Numbered from the stretch's first letter, positions 46,501-56,767 are shown. The stretch: DNA of 64,000 nt from an uncultured Bacteroidales bacterium (GCA_905233475.1 CAJOEN010000001.1:62413-126412); one strand, 5' to 3'. Notes: generated from the sequence alone by a model not told the origin. Program-made: numbers and translations.

Positions 46501-48419
46501 AGAATCTTGAAACAGTTCTCGAACAGAGACTGACATTTGTCATCTATCTGACGGAGAAGTTCCACTGAAGACCATGCGTTGCCCGAAGTGGCCTGTGCAA
46601 AAGGAATACCTACAGTAATGTAGTTTATAGCACCCGGATTAAGGGTGAAGGGTCCTGCCGACTGCATAAAACGGCGGTCGCCTATTGCGTTGCTTGTACC
46701 GCCTTCAGCGGCATTCTTCTCTGTCCATTGGAATCCCGGATCTTCACCGTTGGTTCCCCAGTTCCAAGGATCGCTATCGCCCGGGAACATAAAGTCGCAT
46801 TCCAAAGCGTCTGCACCGCTGTTGATACCATTCTTACCGAAAGTCATACGCGAACCGTCTTTCCAATAGCCTCTCAAATAATAGTAATAGTCTGTAGCTT
46901 TTCCAGGTTCACTGTTGGGACCGCTTGTGCTGTTGTTATAATATACGAAACGGCGCATACCGAAACGTTCGTCATCAACAATACCGTTTCCGAAATTAAC
47001 ACCATTGATAGCACAGTTGCCCACAATATCATCCTTTTGGAAATACCAAGCGTTTATGTAGGCCTCAGCGTTCTCGGTCAATTGTATTGTGTCGTATCCG
47101 GCAAAAGCACCGGTTGAATCATAGATTTCATAGTCGGCCAATGCCCTTTCGTAATAGACTCTCATTTTACTGATGTCGATTTTGGGATTGTCCTTTCCGT
47201 CGGGATCCATGTAAGGACCTTGGAAGAAGTCGATACCAACTGCCGGAGGTATGCCGCTATAGGAGCCTGTTCCGGGACCATCGACATCCTTGCCGTTGTA
47301 GCAGTATCCCAAACCACGTTTCACATCACATCCCACATAGTCGTCGTGAGAATATCCCAAATCCGGATCAACCCACTGGCTGAAATAAGTGTTTTTCAAA
47401 GTATAGGAAGAGCGGTTGATGATTTCGTAGGTGTAGAAAGTCATGTTGTTGATTTCGTCGTTGGTGGCAAAAGCGAAAGCCTGAGCTCTGATTTCGAGAC
47501 CAATTTGTTCGCCTTTGGATTCGGTATGGGAGTTACCCATATCATTGAACACCCACCAAATTGTTTGGTCGCCTTTCAGCACTTGGTCCGAAAGAATACC
47601 TCCGGTGATTTCCTGACCGCCAGTACCCCAAGTTTTTTCCATTGTGGGTGTAGGCTCATATTTTTCACCGGGTTTCAATGCTGCTTTCAGTGTTTTAGGA
47701 CACAGAACGTTATCGAAATCATAATAAGGATAGTCTCCGTTTTCCCAATGGTATTCACCATCGTTATCGGCATCATAGAAAGGTGCTAAATATTTGGACT
47801 GCTTCATTGCTGTGTTGCCGTGTGCAGGCCAGTTTTTGATAACGTCGGGAACGAGGGACTCATCGTAAGAGTCGTTCTTGGTAACCGAGCGGTTGCCTTG
47901 TTCATCCTCCTCATAGTTGAACATCGACATAAAGGTCGATACTTCGGCTTGGGTTATCTTATAATGCTTGTCGTATTCGTTACAAACTTCGGCGGAAATG
48001 GAAGCCGTTCCATCAACTGTAAGAGGACCCGGCCAGTAGTCGTTACCTTCGCTACCGAAACGCAGTGCGGCTATACGCAATTGGTCGTCCACGTCGGTAC
48101 CACCAATCCATAATGCGGCACAGAACATTGCTGTGGAAGTTCCGTCCTTAGGAATGTTGTATTTTGCCAAACTACCGTCGTACCACATATTACCGTAAGC
48201 GTTTATAAGCGCCCTAACGTTGTTTACATTCAATTCTGCGGAACTCTGCGCTCTTTTACATGCCGCAGCTTTCTCCTGCAGTTTCAAACGATTGGCTTTG
48301 GTCTTGTGGCGTTCCCACTCGCAATCGCGGGCCAATGCCGTTCCGAAAAGAGACATGCAAATGAATGCAACTAATCCCGATTTTAAAAATATATTTTTCA
48401 TCTTTACCTTTTTTTTCAA
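43590..48419 (-). CDS. Giant secreted protein (1609 aa) of unknown function with a C-terminal T9SS-CTD / FlgD-Ig-like beta-sandwich
   Basis: Uninterrupted 4.8-kb ORF with a signal peptide. The last ~105 aa read VVPNPYY...VRIVNLPANSKISIYTVDGTLVRKL...WDLKNHIGIPIAGGMYLIHV...IKWFG. The start may be the second Met cluster (MKNIFLK). Confidence 0.7.
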   Translation of the reverse strand: MKKKVKMKNIFLKSGLVAFICMSLFGTALARDCEWERHKTKANRLKLQEKAAACKRAQSSAELNVNNVRALINAYGNMWYDGSLAKYNIPKDGTSTAMFCAALWIGGTDVDDQLRIAALRFGSEGNDYWPGPLTVDGTASISAEVCNEYDKHYKITQAEVSTFMSMFNYEEDEQGNRSVTKNDSYDESLVPDVIKNWPAHGNTAMKQSKYLAPFYDADNDGEYHWENGDYPYYDFDNVLCPKTLKAALKPGEKYEPTPTMEKTWGTGGQEITGGILSDQVLKGDQTIWWVFNDMGNSHTESKGEQIGLEIRAQAFAFATNDEINNMTFYTYEIINRSSYTLKNTYFSQWVDPDLGYSHDDYVGCDVKRGLGYCYNGKDVDGPGTGSYSGIPPAVGIDFFQGPYMDPDGKDNPKIDISKMRVYYERALADYEIYDSTGAFAGYDTIQLTENAEAYINAWYFQKDDIVGNCAINGVNFGNGIVDDERFGMRRFVYYNNSTSGPNSEPGKATDYYYYLRGYWKDGSRMTFGKNGINSGADALECDFMFPGDSDPWNWGTNGEDPGFQWTEKNAAEGGTSNAIGDRRFMQSAGPFTLNPGAINYITVGIPFAQATSGNAWSSVELLRQIDDKCQSLFENCFKILSGPEAPTVTVQELSNEVILYLSYENTESNNNKNGIPESFAEIDPSIPTTYSHDTIINGSAVTEIRTYTTEQRTYKFEGYQVYQLRDANASVADIGDDTKARLVYQCDIENYYDADKTLPIGTLVNYERDNAIGSIAPKVMVTGSNTGIRHSIRIATDAFANGTNTKLVNNKEYYFVAIAYAHNRYKEYSPSDASKLDGQKTPYLAGRQNEWKQEIKPVKAIPHIVSAENGGTIIQASYGTSPVITRIEGYGNGGITLQLTDASIEELMGAKGEEGKPAGKFVRSGMNERMEDPCIIPNPTYKENHGPLNVTIVDPLNVKPGKFYIRFNGVGDDARWTISRVDGEPIYTDGSGNPVYVDTSDFTIGRFNEQLFLDLGIAVGITNVAPVANEVVLNGRNILGGIVNKDALLSSTMSFADPYKQWLSGIPDYDASPVYNWIRSGAQFTEGDRAAFAGGGDTSDFTGNEPYLDGDYYKYQELVLGRPESFAIDKYSVFENVLGGLWAPYGLVSTRQYHPGFSFMYYVAPESRFDSLRKRSAPLAMLYKSRNYLRRKLQVQYHNKSLNYNDLANTPSVHIVITADQSKWTRCPVLEMCDDPTQSEGNALRFQMRKAYSVDKNGNIDTTYDRKYGMGWFPGYAIDVETGERLNIMFGEDSRYVQHNGRDMMWNPVSTLMDGTQNYVMGGGHFIYILKSNNQPFIDISRNSDNIVARYYKTPSYDGGVWAARMLESLDRLMNIKDNSSYMAYCGGLLLGENDQYVRPARDSAALLFSSVAWVSMPMVSSKFMFDNPKDIPCDVTIDISVRRPYSMYYSPNQTAPSQVGKTLQNANNPMYMFEMTDDLITLTNQAGGRMDKQTLLDNITVVPNPYYSSSEYETSSQLDSRVRIVNLPANSKISIYTVDGTLVRKLGPSPTDAGNADRGYTLDWDLKNHIGIPIAGGMYLIHVSVPGIGERVIKWFGTMRPVDLNSFK

Positions 48420-48435
48420 TTTATATACCTATACC

Positions 48436-51400
48436 TTAAAATTGATAAGTCAAACCAACTTTTATGTACCTCGGTCTCGTGTAGTTGTAATTGCTGTTCG
48501 ACAACATAATTGTGTACAAATCTCTATAAGACTGAGGATCCAAATAAGAATCTATCATATTCTGAGTTTCCGGATCTGTAAGATAGCCGTTGTCCTCGGG
48601 GTTGCCGGTTACTGGGAACACAGCTGCTATGTTCTTTATATTGAAAACGTTTGTAACAGTAACGGCGAGAATAAGATTGGTTTCTCTGTTCTTAACCTTT
48701 ATAGGCCAGTGTTTATCAACAACCATGTCGAAATAGAAGCCCCAAGGCAGACGCGCTCCGTTATAGCTTCCCACAATGGTGGGCTGCATATTGCTGTAGC
48801 GTCTTGTATATGGACGACCTGACTGGGCTACGGCGATCATGTTTACGCCGAAATTCTGCAAGGGGTACAAATTCTTAACGCGGTCGTTGCCATCTTTATC
48901 TTTGGTTTTGCGGGCAATATCCGGACCTTCTTTTGCGTTGAATCTGTAGTCAAGGTTTACTTTCAACTCATGGCGACGGTCATCCCAAATGGGGTTCAGG
49001 AGCTTCAGAGTGGAGTAACCTTCCTTGATGAGTTCCTGCATTGTTGATGAGGGAAGACCTGTACCTTCAGCGTATTGAAGAGTATAGTTGGCATTGATTC
49101 TCATGTTTTTGGTTGTACGCATATCATAGGACAAGGACAGACCTTTTACAGTTTTGAAATCCAAATTGTCCCAAGAGTAGTAGTTGGGGTTGGGGTCGGC
49201 ACCGGCATATTGAACAAGTTGTATAAGGTTACGAGTTTCCTTATAGTATGCGGTAATGGTGATAGCCGAAGTTTTTGTCAGCATTTGCTGCAATCCCAAT
49301 TCATAGTTGGTGATTTTTTCGGGTTTAAGGTTGGGGTTGCTCACCGATGTTTGCTGTGTCATATACAAGTATCCGAGATAGTTGGCCTGCCATCCGCTCG
49401 ACGGACGGTTGCAAATAATATCGTAACTTGCTTTGAATATAGAACTTTCACTAACAGGGAATGAGAAAGCTATACGCGGCATTGCAACAATTTGCGGTTC
49501 GTAATCCTTGAAAGCTCCCACAGACGGGGTATTGCTTTGATAAGATTTCTGAGCATCGGCTTTTCTGAATGGGGTAGGTCTTCCTGCGGCACCTTTAACA
49601 TCGTTGGGGTCAGCTGTTTCAACACCATCGGCGGTGTACCAAGTGGAACCGTTACGGAAACCTGTTATTGTCGGATTTGAAGATGAGGGGTCATCAACAT
49701 AAACAACCCAGTCTTCGCCTGCACCCGAAGGTATGTTACCGGAATAAGTAACACCGCTCAACTCGCCAACTGTGTAAGACTCATAAAGCAGGTATGGGTC
49801 TTTCAGAACCATTTGGTTACCATCGAAACGGTCAACACGCACACCTACATTGAATATCAGGTCTTGGAACTCAAATTGGTCTTGAATGTATCCTGCCATG
49901 TATATCGGGGAGAAAGCTCCGAGTTTTCTGTCGGGACTGTTGAAGAAACTTTCCAAAGATTGTTTTCCTTTCAAACGATTTCCTCTATGGTCGTAACCGT
50001 AGTAGGATACAATGGCATTACCGTCGTTGAACATCTCGTCGGCGGAAAGCATATCCAATGAGAACCAGTTGGGGTCGTACATATCTACATCAAGCCAATC
50101 GGTGCTGTTTACAGGCAGCCCGAGTTTTGCACGCATAGCCCTGTCGAAATAAGTCTGGCTGGCAGCATCGTATTTGCGGTCGTAGTTTACTATAACATAT
50201 TGTCCGGATTGGTCAATGATAGGATTGTCGAGATCAAGCTGGCTGATATGTGCATTGGCCGACTGCCTCATGATTGTCCACAATGAAGAGGGAGCCAACG
50301 AGTATGAATAGCTTGTGGATTGGTCGTATTGGAAACCGAGTTCCAAAGCATGTTTCTTAATAGTTGCGGAAACTTTAGCTTGGAAATACACATAGTCAGT
50401 CAAAGATTTTCCGTAAGAGGAATAAGGTCTTCCGACACTATAAAACAAGCCGTAAATTGACTGCGGGAATTGTCCGTTGATAAGTCCCTTGTAAGCCTGT
50501 ATATTGTTGTAGTTTATCAAAAGATTGCTTATGTCGCTCATGCCATAGAGTTGCGAGGTATATTTCGCCAACAAGGGGTTGTAGGGCGACGGTGTGAATA
50601 TTACAGCTGTATCCATCCAGTTGGACTGAATTTTTGCAACCTGTTCAATACCATCTACATTGAAAGTACCTGTTGTATAGGTACGCATCTTTCTTGTTTC
50701 AAAAGTTCCCACGTGTCCGTATTTGAAAACGTCATCGCCAAAATCCTGATTGTAGCTCTTTGTCCAAACGCGGTTGAACATACCAGTGATATTGTACATT
50801 ACCTTTGTTATGAGCGACGAAGATTTTGCTGCCGGCATTGTAGCGTCGCCGCTGGCCGGTTTCTTATCGGGGAAATTCTGAGTAAAGTCAGCTGTTATAG
50901 AGAAGTTCTGATAGTCGTATGTTCCATGTGTACCTAGGTTCAACGGGAAGTATGCCACATCGGTTTGTGCGGAGCGGTTGAACATATAGTCGGCGGAAAT
51001 CTGCAAAGTGGCATTATCCGAGAAACGTATGTCGAGGCCACCCTCAACGTAAGCGCGGTAAGCAGGCATTCCACCTTTGTAGCGCACTGTCTCAAAATCG
51101 CTTTCACGCAGATATTCTGCACTGTAATTCACAGCACCCGTAAGCGGGTCATAAACGATAGGTTCATTCTCTATCCTTTCGCGGACATCATCTTTTACAA
51201 CCTGATACAGGTATCCGTTACGACGGTAATATTGGTCGAACTGATAACGCAAAACACCTGTGAGACGGAATCCCACAATAGTTTTTTCAGCCTTGGATTC
51301 GGTGGCTTTGGATTTCAAAATCGGGCCTGTAAGGTAGAAAGTAAGGTCGTTGAAAAATCTGTAGTCGAGATATGTTTCATAACGTACCATACCGTTGAAT

Positions 51401-52089
51401 TTGTTTGCTGGCGGTTTGAGGGTGATAACCTGTGCACCGCCAATGGCCTCACCATAGCGTGCCGGCGTACCGCTCAATATCACTTGGATTTCGGCTATAG
51501 CTTCCTTGGGGACATACACACCTGATTTTTTACGTATTCCTCCCACATAGGTAGCCATACCTTCTTCTTGACCACGGGTAGTACCTACGCCGCCGTCCTG
51601 ATAACCTACACCTGCAACAGTGGCAACAGCAGACTCGATGGAGCTACCGGGCATACGTTCAAGGTCTTTGGATGACATACGCTGTCCGCCTTCAGGTGAA
51701 CCCTTGTCTATCAGAGGCACCTTCGACTTTTTAATAACCACTGTTTTCATAGTTTTGGAGGCTTCCTCCATTTTGATAGTGTCAGCGTAAGAAGAACCAC
51801 TCGCCTTAACATTGACGCCCTCCAATTTAACAGAAGTAAATCCAATATAGGATGCTTCAATGTCGTAGGAGCCGGCAGCCAATGGCGTTATAGCATACAA
51901 ACCATTGAAATCGGTAGTGGCGCCTCCGCGCATCTCTCCGTTCTGTCTGACAACGACATTGACAAATGGTTCCGGTTGATTAGTTTTGGCATTTATAACT
52001 ACCCCCCTAAGGGTTCCTTGTCCGAAAGCCAAAACACTGGTTGCCAAAAGCAACCCAAATGTCATCAGTACTTTTTTAAACATACTCAT
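48436..52089 (-). CDS. Oversized TonB-dependent-receptor-like outer membrane protein (CarboxypepD_reg + plug + barrel)
   Basis: 1217 aa with a signal peptide and an N-terminal carboxypeptidase-regulatory-like domain (GTLRGVVINAKTNQPEPFVNVVV...GSYDIEASYIGF). Has a plug-like segment and a C-terminal beta-barrel ending VGLTYQF. Confidence 0.75.
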   Translation of the reverse strand: MSMFKKVLMTFGLLLATSVLAFGQGTLRGVVINAKTNQPEPFVNVVVRQNGEMRGGATTDFNGLYAITPLAAGSYDIEASYIGFTSVKLEGVNVKASGSSYADTIKMEEASKTMKTVVIKKSKVPLIDKGSPEGGQRMSSKDLERMPGSSIESAVATVAGVGYQDGGVGTTRGQEEGMATYVGGIRKKSGVYVPKEAIAEIQVILSGTPARYGEAIGGAQVITLKPPANKFNGMVRYETYLDYRFFNDLTFYLTGPILKSKATESKAEKTIVGFRLTGVLRYQFDQYYRRNGYLYQVVKDDVRERIENEPIVYDPLTGAVNYSAEYLRESDFETVRYKGGMPAYRAYVEGGLDIRFSDNATLQISADYMFNRSAQTDVAYFPLNLGTHGTYDYQNFSITADFTQNFPDKKPASGDATMPAAKSSSLITKVMYNITGMFNRVWTKSYNQDFGDDVFKYGHVGTFETRKMRTYTTGTFNVDGIEQVAKIQSNWMDTAVIFTPSPYNPLLAKYTSQLYGMSDISNLLINYNNIQAYKGLINGQFPQSIYGLFYSVGRPYSSYGKSLTDYVYFQAKVSATIKKHALELGFQYDQSTSYSYSLAPSSLWTIMRQSANAHISQLDLDNPIIDQSGQYVIVNYDRKYDAASQTYFDRAMRAKLGLPVNSTDWLDVDMYDPNWFSLDMLSADEMFNDGNAIVSYYGYDHRGNRLKGKQSLESFFNSPDRKLGAFSPIYMAGYIQDQFEFQDLIFNVGVRVDRFDGNQMVLKDPYLLYESYTVGELSGVTYSGNIPSGAGEDWVVYVDDPSSSNPTITGFRNGSTWYTADGVETADPNDVKGAAGRPTPFRKADAQKSYQSNTPSVGAFKDYEPQIVAMPRIAFSFPVSESSIFKASYDIICNRPSSGWQANYLGYLYMTQQTSVSNPNLKPEKITNYELGLQQMLTKTSAITITAYYKETRNLIQLVQYAGADPNPNYYSWDNLDFKTVKGLSLSYDMRTTKNMRINANYTLQYAEGTGLPSSTMQELIKEGYSTLKLLNPIWDDRRHELKVNLDYRFNAKEGPDIARKTKDKDGNDRVKNLYPLQNFGVNMIAVAQSGRPYTRRYSNMQPTIVGSYNGARLPWGFYFDMVVDKHWPIKVKNRETNLILAVTVTNVFNIKNIAAVFPVTGNPEDNGYLTDPETQNMIDSYLDPQSYRDLYTIMLSNSNYNYTRPRYIKVGLTYQF

Positions 52090-52126
52090 CTAATTTACAT
52101 TTAAATAACCTATCTATTTTTCTTTA

Positions 52127-52561
52127 TTATCTACTTTTTTCCCAAGCTATATAGGGATTTTCCAATACTACAGAATACACAACTGCTTCCCTCAAATTGA
52201 ACTCCACTTTTCGTGTGTCCTCAATATCGGATTGCAGTATGGCTGTTTCAGCAACAGGTTCCTGTTTTTTGGGTTCCTCCTCAACAATTTTGGGATTATA
52301 TTCATTATACAAAAACTGTTCTCTCTCTCTGACGGTTGTTTTTTTATCAAACTCCCGCACCTCTTCTTCGGCTGAAGAGAACATTTTTTTTCCGAGTATT
52401 TCATGTAGAGTTTCTTCTATATCGGTGTAAACTGTGGAACCGGAAGTTTTTTTATCCGATTCCGCAACTTTACGTTCTCTCCTACCATTTTTTTCTTTTT
52501 TACCCAAAAGACTTGGTAAAGAGAACAACACCAATAATAATATCCACAAAAAATTACTCAT
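52127..52561 (-). CDS. Small membrane-anchored Glu/Lys-rich protein of unknown function
   Basis: 144 aa with an N-terminal hydrophobic helix; 37 nt upstream of the receptor-like gene on the same strand. Confidence 0.45.
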   Translation of the reverse strand: MSNFLWILLLVLFSLPSLLGKKEKNGRRERKVAESDKKTSGSTVYTDIEETLHEILGKKMFSSAEEEVREFDKKTTVREREQFLYNEYNPKIVEEEPKKQEPVAETAILQSDIEDTRKVEFNLREAVVYSVVLENPYIAWEKSR

Positions 52562-52677
52562 TTACTATCCTAAAATTCTGTGCAAAAATACTCAATCTAT
52601 ATGAATAATAAGTATAAAAAATGTTATTTTTTACAATCTTTCAATCCGACAGATTGATTATCAACGCCTTACTTTCT

Positions 52678-55600
52678 TTATTTTTTTTCAATCATTTTAT
52701 TTTCGTTACGTTTCATCAAATCGTACAAAATTGTACCGGATATGCACACCGAAGAGAATGTACCGGCGGCTACACCGACCAAGAGAGCGAAGATGAATCC
52801 GCGCAAAGCCTCACCACCGAAAATGAACATCATGAGAAGCACCACCAAAGTTGTTCCCGAGGAGTTCACTGTACGGCTCAATGTTGAGTTGATGGCACTG
52901 TTGATTTGTTCTTTCAGCGAGCGTTTCGGATACAGAGTCTTGTACTCACGCACACGGTCGAAGATAACCACAGTGGCGTTGATGGAGTATCCTATAACGG
53001 TAAGTATAGCTGCTATGAACGATTGATCGACTTCCATATTGAAAGGCAGGAATCCGTGCAACAGAGCAAAGAAGCCTATGGTAATAAGTGAGTCGTGAGC
53101 CAAAGCTATAACGCCGCCCAAACCAAATTGCCATTTGCGGAAACGCAGGCCGATGTAGGCAAAAATAACCAAAAGTCCAACCAAAAGCGCTATTACAGCA
53201 TCGCGCTGTATATCCTTGGCCATTGTAGGTCCTACAATTTCGGAACTGATAATACCCAGCGGGTTAGTCTCGGTAGAGGCGAACTCCTTGATAGTTATTT
53301 CGTTTTTGAAATATTGTTTTGTACCGCTGTACAGTTTTTCAACTATTTCATTCTTTATAGTATCGTTATCCTGATTGATTCCATATTTGGTAGTTATCTT
53401 GATTTGGTTCGACGGACCGTAAGTCTTCACTTCGGGAGCGTCGGGGAATTGTTCGGCAAGACTTGCACGCACATCCGCTGTGTTGGGCAAAGGCTGGTCG
53501 AAACGAACAACGTAAGTTCTACCTCCTTGGAAATCGATACCCATATTGAGACCGCGCACAGCCAAAGCAGTTATACCGACAACTAATACCACACCGGCAA
53601 GGGTATAGAAAGCTTTTCTTTTTCCGACGAAATCAACATTTACGTCGCGTAGGAAGTTTTCGGAGAATTTGAAGGAGAATGTCATGGAGTCGGGACTCTT
53701 CTCCATAAAGCGTTCAATAACCAAGTGAGTGATGAAGATACTGGTAAACAGTGATGTAAGGATACCCACGCACAATGTTACGGCGAAACCCTGAACAGGA
53801 CCGGAACCGAACATTATCAGCACTATGCCTGTAAGCAATGTAGTAACGTTACCGTCGATAATAGCCGAGTAAGCGTTTTTGAAACCTTTCTCGATGGACG
53901 AAGATATGCCGTTGCCCGAACGCAGTTCTTCTTTAATACGTTCGTAGATGATAACGTTGGCATCCACAGCCATAGCCATAGTAAGCACAATACCTGCAAT
54001 ACCCGGCAAGGTGAGTACAGCACCCAGCGATGCTATAACACCGATAAGGAAGAACATATTTGTAACCAGGGCTATAGTTGCCACAATACCGGCTTTGTTG
54101 TAGAATATTATCATGTAAATGAACACCATAATAAAGGCCACTATGAAAGAGAGCAGACCTGCATTGATGGATTCCTGACCGAGCGAAGGTCCAACCACAG
54201 CCTCTTGCACTATCTTAGCGGGAGCGGGCAGCTTACCGGCTTTGAGTATGTTTGCAAGGTCTTTGGCTTCTTCGAGGGTGAAGTCGCCGGTAATAGACGA
54301 ACGACCACCAGCAATTTCGCCGTTTACACGAGGAGCAGAGTAAACCACATTGTCGAGTACTATGGCTATGAACTCATTCACGTTGGCACCGGTGATACGT
54401 TTCCACTCACGGGCACCGTCGCTGTTCATGGTCATGGAAATTTCGTTGCCGTTGGAACTGTTGAAGTCCTGACGCGCGTCGGTAATAACGTCGCCGCCAA
54501 GCAGAGGCGAGCCGTCGCGGGTGGTTACCTGAATGGCATAAAGTTCATACAAATTGTTGTATCTTGAGGGTTTTGCACCCCAAAGGAATTTTATAGTAGA
54601 GGGGATTATGTTTTTAGCACGAGCCTTTGCAAACATTTCGTTAATGGCGCCTCTGTCCTTGGGTGAAGCGTATCCAACCACACAACCGTCGGGCATTTCG
54701 CCTGTCTGAGGATTAACATTGGGAACTAATTTCGAAAACAGAGGATTGTTTTTGGCCATATCAGCCTGCATTTGTTCCTTTTGCAGATTGGAGCTATCGG
54801 CTACGAGTTTACCAAGCACGTCGGCAGAGGTGTCGGCAGAGGCTTTGTCGTTTTCACTACCTGTAAGATTTGCCATCAAGGAATCGAGACCTTCATTGGT
54901 GGCTGTATCCTCTACAGTAGTGGAGGCAATATATTTATCCACATCTTCGAGGTAGTGGAAAGCGTCTTTTACTTTGGCGCCCAACCAGAACTGCAGTTCG
55001 GCAGTACCTTGCAGGAGTTTGCGCACACGTTCGGGTTCTTTAACACCGGGGAGTTCGATGAGAATACGTTCGGAAGCACTCAGTTTTTGGATATTGGGCT
55101 GAGCAACGCCGAATTTATCGATACGCTGACGTAGTATTTCGTATGTACGGTCGAAAGCGTCGTTCACCTCACTTCTAACCACTTTCATCACAGTGGCATT
55201 GTCATCGGTGAGTTTCACCTTGTCGCGGAGCTGTGTAGCAAAATATGGAGCAAGTTTTACATCGGGATTGAACTTGAGGATAGCCTCTTCGAAAAGCGAT
55301 ACGAAGTTTGTGTTTGGAGTTACGCTTTGCTGGCGAAGAGCCTCGTCGATGGCTTTATTGAACAGGGTATCCTTTGTATGGTTGCCCAAAGCACGGACAA
55401 CATCAACGGTGGACACTTCCATCATAACGTTCATACCTCCCTTAAGGTCGAGACCGAGATTTATTTCTTTGGCCTTGGAACTCTTGTAGTTTTTCCACAA
55501 AGAGGATTCGGCAGTCTTCTCCGAAACGGAATCTATATAATAAGTTTCGCGAGCCGAAGCTATGGAGTCGTAATAGAACTGCTCTTTCAACGCGTCGCCA

Positions 55601-55758
55601 CCTGCTAATTCCCTGGCTTGCGCACGTGTGGCTTCATTGTAGCCGAATTTATGCGCCCTATTTTCCACGATACGTGTGGATAAGGTGAAAGACAACTGGT
55701 ACAAACACACTAACGCAAACAGTATTGCGAAAAATCTGATAAGTCCTTTATTCTGCAT
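52678..55758 (-). CDS. secDF: Protein translocase subunit SecDF (fused)
   Basis: 1026 aa. The SecD part (periplasmic domain plus 6 TM) is followed by the SecF part (second TM bundle). This fusion is typical of Bacteroidetes. Confidence 0.9.
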   Translation of the reverse strand: MQNKGLIRFFAILFALVCLYQLSFTLSTRIVENRAHKFGYNEATRAQARELAGGDALKEQFYYDSIASARETYYIDSVSEKTAESSLWKNYKSSKAKEINLGLDLKGGMNVMMEVSTVDVVRALGNHTKDTLFNKAIDEALRQQSVTPNTNFVSLFEEAILKFNPDVKLAPYFATQLRDKVKLTDDNATVMKVVRSEVNDAFDRTYEILRQRIDKFGVAQPNIQKLSASERILIELPGVKEPERVRKLLQGTAELQFWLGAKVKDAFHYLEDVDKYIASTTVEDTATNEGLDSLMANLTGSENDKASADTSADVLGKLVADSSNLQKEQMQADMAKNNPLFSKLVPNVNPQTGEMPDGCVVGYASPKDRGAINEMFAKARAKNIIPSTIKFLWGAKPSRYNNLYELYAIQVTTRDGSPLLGGDVITDARQDFNSSNGNEISMTMNSDGAREWKRITGANVNEFIAIVLDNVVYSAPRVNGEIAGGRSSITGDFTLEEAKDLANILKAGKLPAPAKIVQEAVVGPSLGQESINAGLLSFIVAFIMVFIYMIIFYNKAGIVATIALVTNMFFLIGVIASLGAVLTLPGIAGIVLTMAMAVDANVIIYERIKEELRSGNGISSSIEKGFKNAYSAIIDGNVTTLLTGIVLIMFGSGPVQGFAVTLCVGILTSLFTSIFITHLVIERFMEKSPDSMTFSFKFSENFLRDVNVDFVGKRKAFYTLAGVVLVVGITALAVRGLNMGIDFQGGRTYVVRFDQPLPNTADVRASLAEQFPDAPEVKTYGPSNQIKITTKYGINQDNDTIKNEIVEKLYSGTKQYFKNEITIKEFASTETNPLGIISSEIVGPTMAKDIQRDAVIALLVGLLVIFAYIGLRFRKWQFGLGGVIALAHDSLITIGFFALLHGFLPFNMEVDQSFIAAILTVIGYSINATVVIFDRVREYKTLYPKRSLKEQINSAINSTLSRTVNSSGTTLVVLLMMFIFGGEALRGFIFALLVGVAAGTFSSVCISGTILYDLMKRNENKMIEKK

Positions 55759-55823
55759 ATCTTATTGTTATATAATTATTAAAGAGTTTTCAATTACTAT
55801 AAAAACACATATTTTTAGACGTG

Positions 55824-55831
55824 CAAAGATA
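55824..55831 (-). promoter_or_regulatory. -7 promoter box (TAtcTTTG on minus strand)
   Basis: Reverse complement of caaagata, 66 nt upstream of the secDF ATG. Confidence 0.45.
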
Positions 55832-55957
55832 TAAAATTTTGTTCAAATCACAAATTTTTTTGCGAAAAAACAATTTATTTCACTGTGTATCAATATTAAA
55901 AAAAGGCATTTTTTTTTGACCCGCGTTTTTTTTCTCCGCCATTTGAGAAAAAAAGGG

Positions 55958-55965
55958 TAACTTTG
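55958..55965 (+). promoter_or_regulatory. -7 promoter box (TAacTTTG)
   Basis: TAnnTTTG match 17 nt upstream of the radC ATG. Confidence 0.5.
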
Positions 55966-55981
55966 CGAAAATTTTACATCT

Positions 55982-56695
55982 ATGAAAGAAAAGAACATTC
56001 CCATAACACAATGGGCTGAGGAAGACCGTCCGCGCGAGAAAATGTTAGCCAAAGGCAAAAAAGCGTTGAGCAACTCGGAATTGCTCGGCATAGTGCTCGG
56101 CAGTGGCAATCTGAACATGAGTGCTGTAGAATTAGCGAAAAAGTTGCTACTTTCGGCGGACAAAAGTCTTGTAGAATTGTCAAAAAAAGACATTTCCGAC
56201 CTGACAAAAGAAAACGGCGTCGGCAATGCCAAAGCCGTGAGCGTAATGGCAGCACTGGAGCTTGGCAGCCGTATGTGGGCTGAAAGCAGGCGCAACGATG
56301 ATATTGTCATTAAAGACAGCTCATCTATATATAATATAGTATCACCGATGATAAACGAGTTGCCGCACGAGGAGTTTTGGGCTATTTATCTGAACTCCAA
56401 CAATAAACTGATACACAGCAAACGCATAGCCAGCGGGGGACTTACACAAACCTCCGTTGATGTGCGAATGATACTGAAAACAGCCATTGAGAGAAACGCC
56501 ACCGCCATAGCCGTTGCTCACAACCACCCTTCGGGCAATGTGAGACCCAGCAAAGAGGACATCGCCCTGACAAAGAAAATCAAAGAGGCTTGCCATGTTA
56601 TGGACATCAAACTACTTGACCATGTGATAGTTGGGGAACATTTTTCGGCAGGACAAGAGAATTATTACAGTTTCTACGATGAGGGAGTTATTTAA
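55982..56695 (+). CDS. radC: RadC-family JAB/MPN domain protein
   Basis: 237 aa with an N-terminal HhH region (ELLGIVLGSG) and the JAMM motif AVAHNHPSG. Confidence 0.85.
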   Translation: MKEKNIPITQWAEEDRPREKMLAKGKKALSNSELLGIVLGSGNLNMSAVELAKKLLLSADKSLVELSKKDISDLTKENGVGNAKAVSVMAALELGSRMWAESRRNDDIVIKDSSSIYNIVSPMINELPHEEFWAIYLNSNNKLIHSKRIASGGLTQTSVDVRMILKTAIERNATAIAVAHNHPSGNVRPSKEDIALTKKIKEACHVMDIKLLDHVIVGEHFSAGQENYYSFYDEGVI

Positions 56696-56767
56696 ATATC
56701 ATGGTATGAGGTTGTTGTGAAGATTTTTAAGGATTATTTTAACAATTCTCGGGAGTTTTCAATGCCT

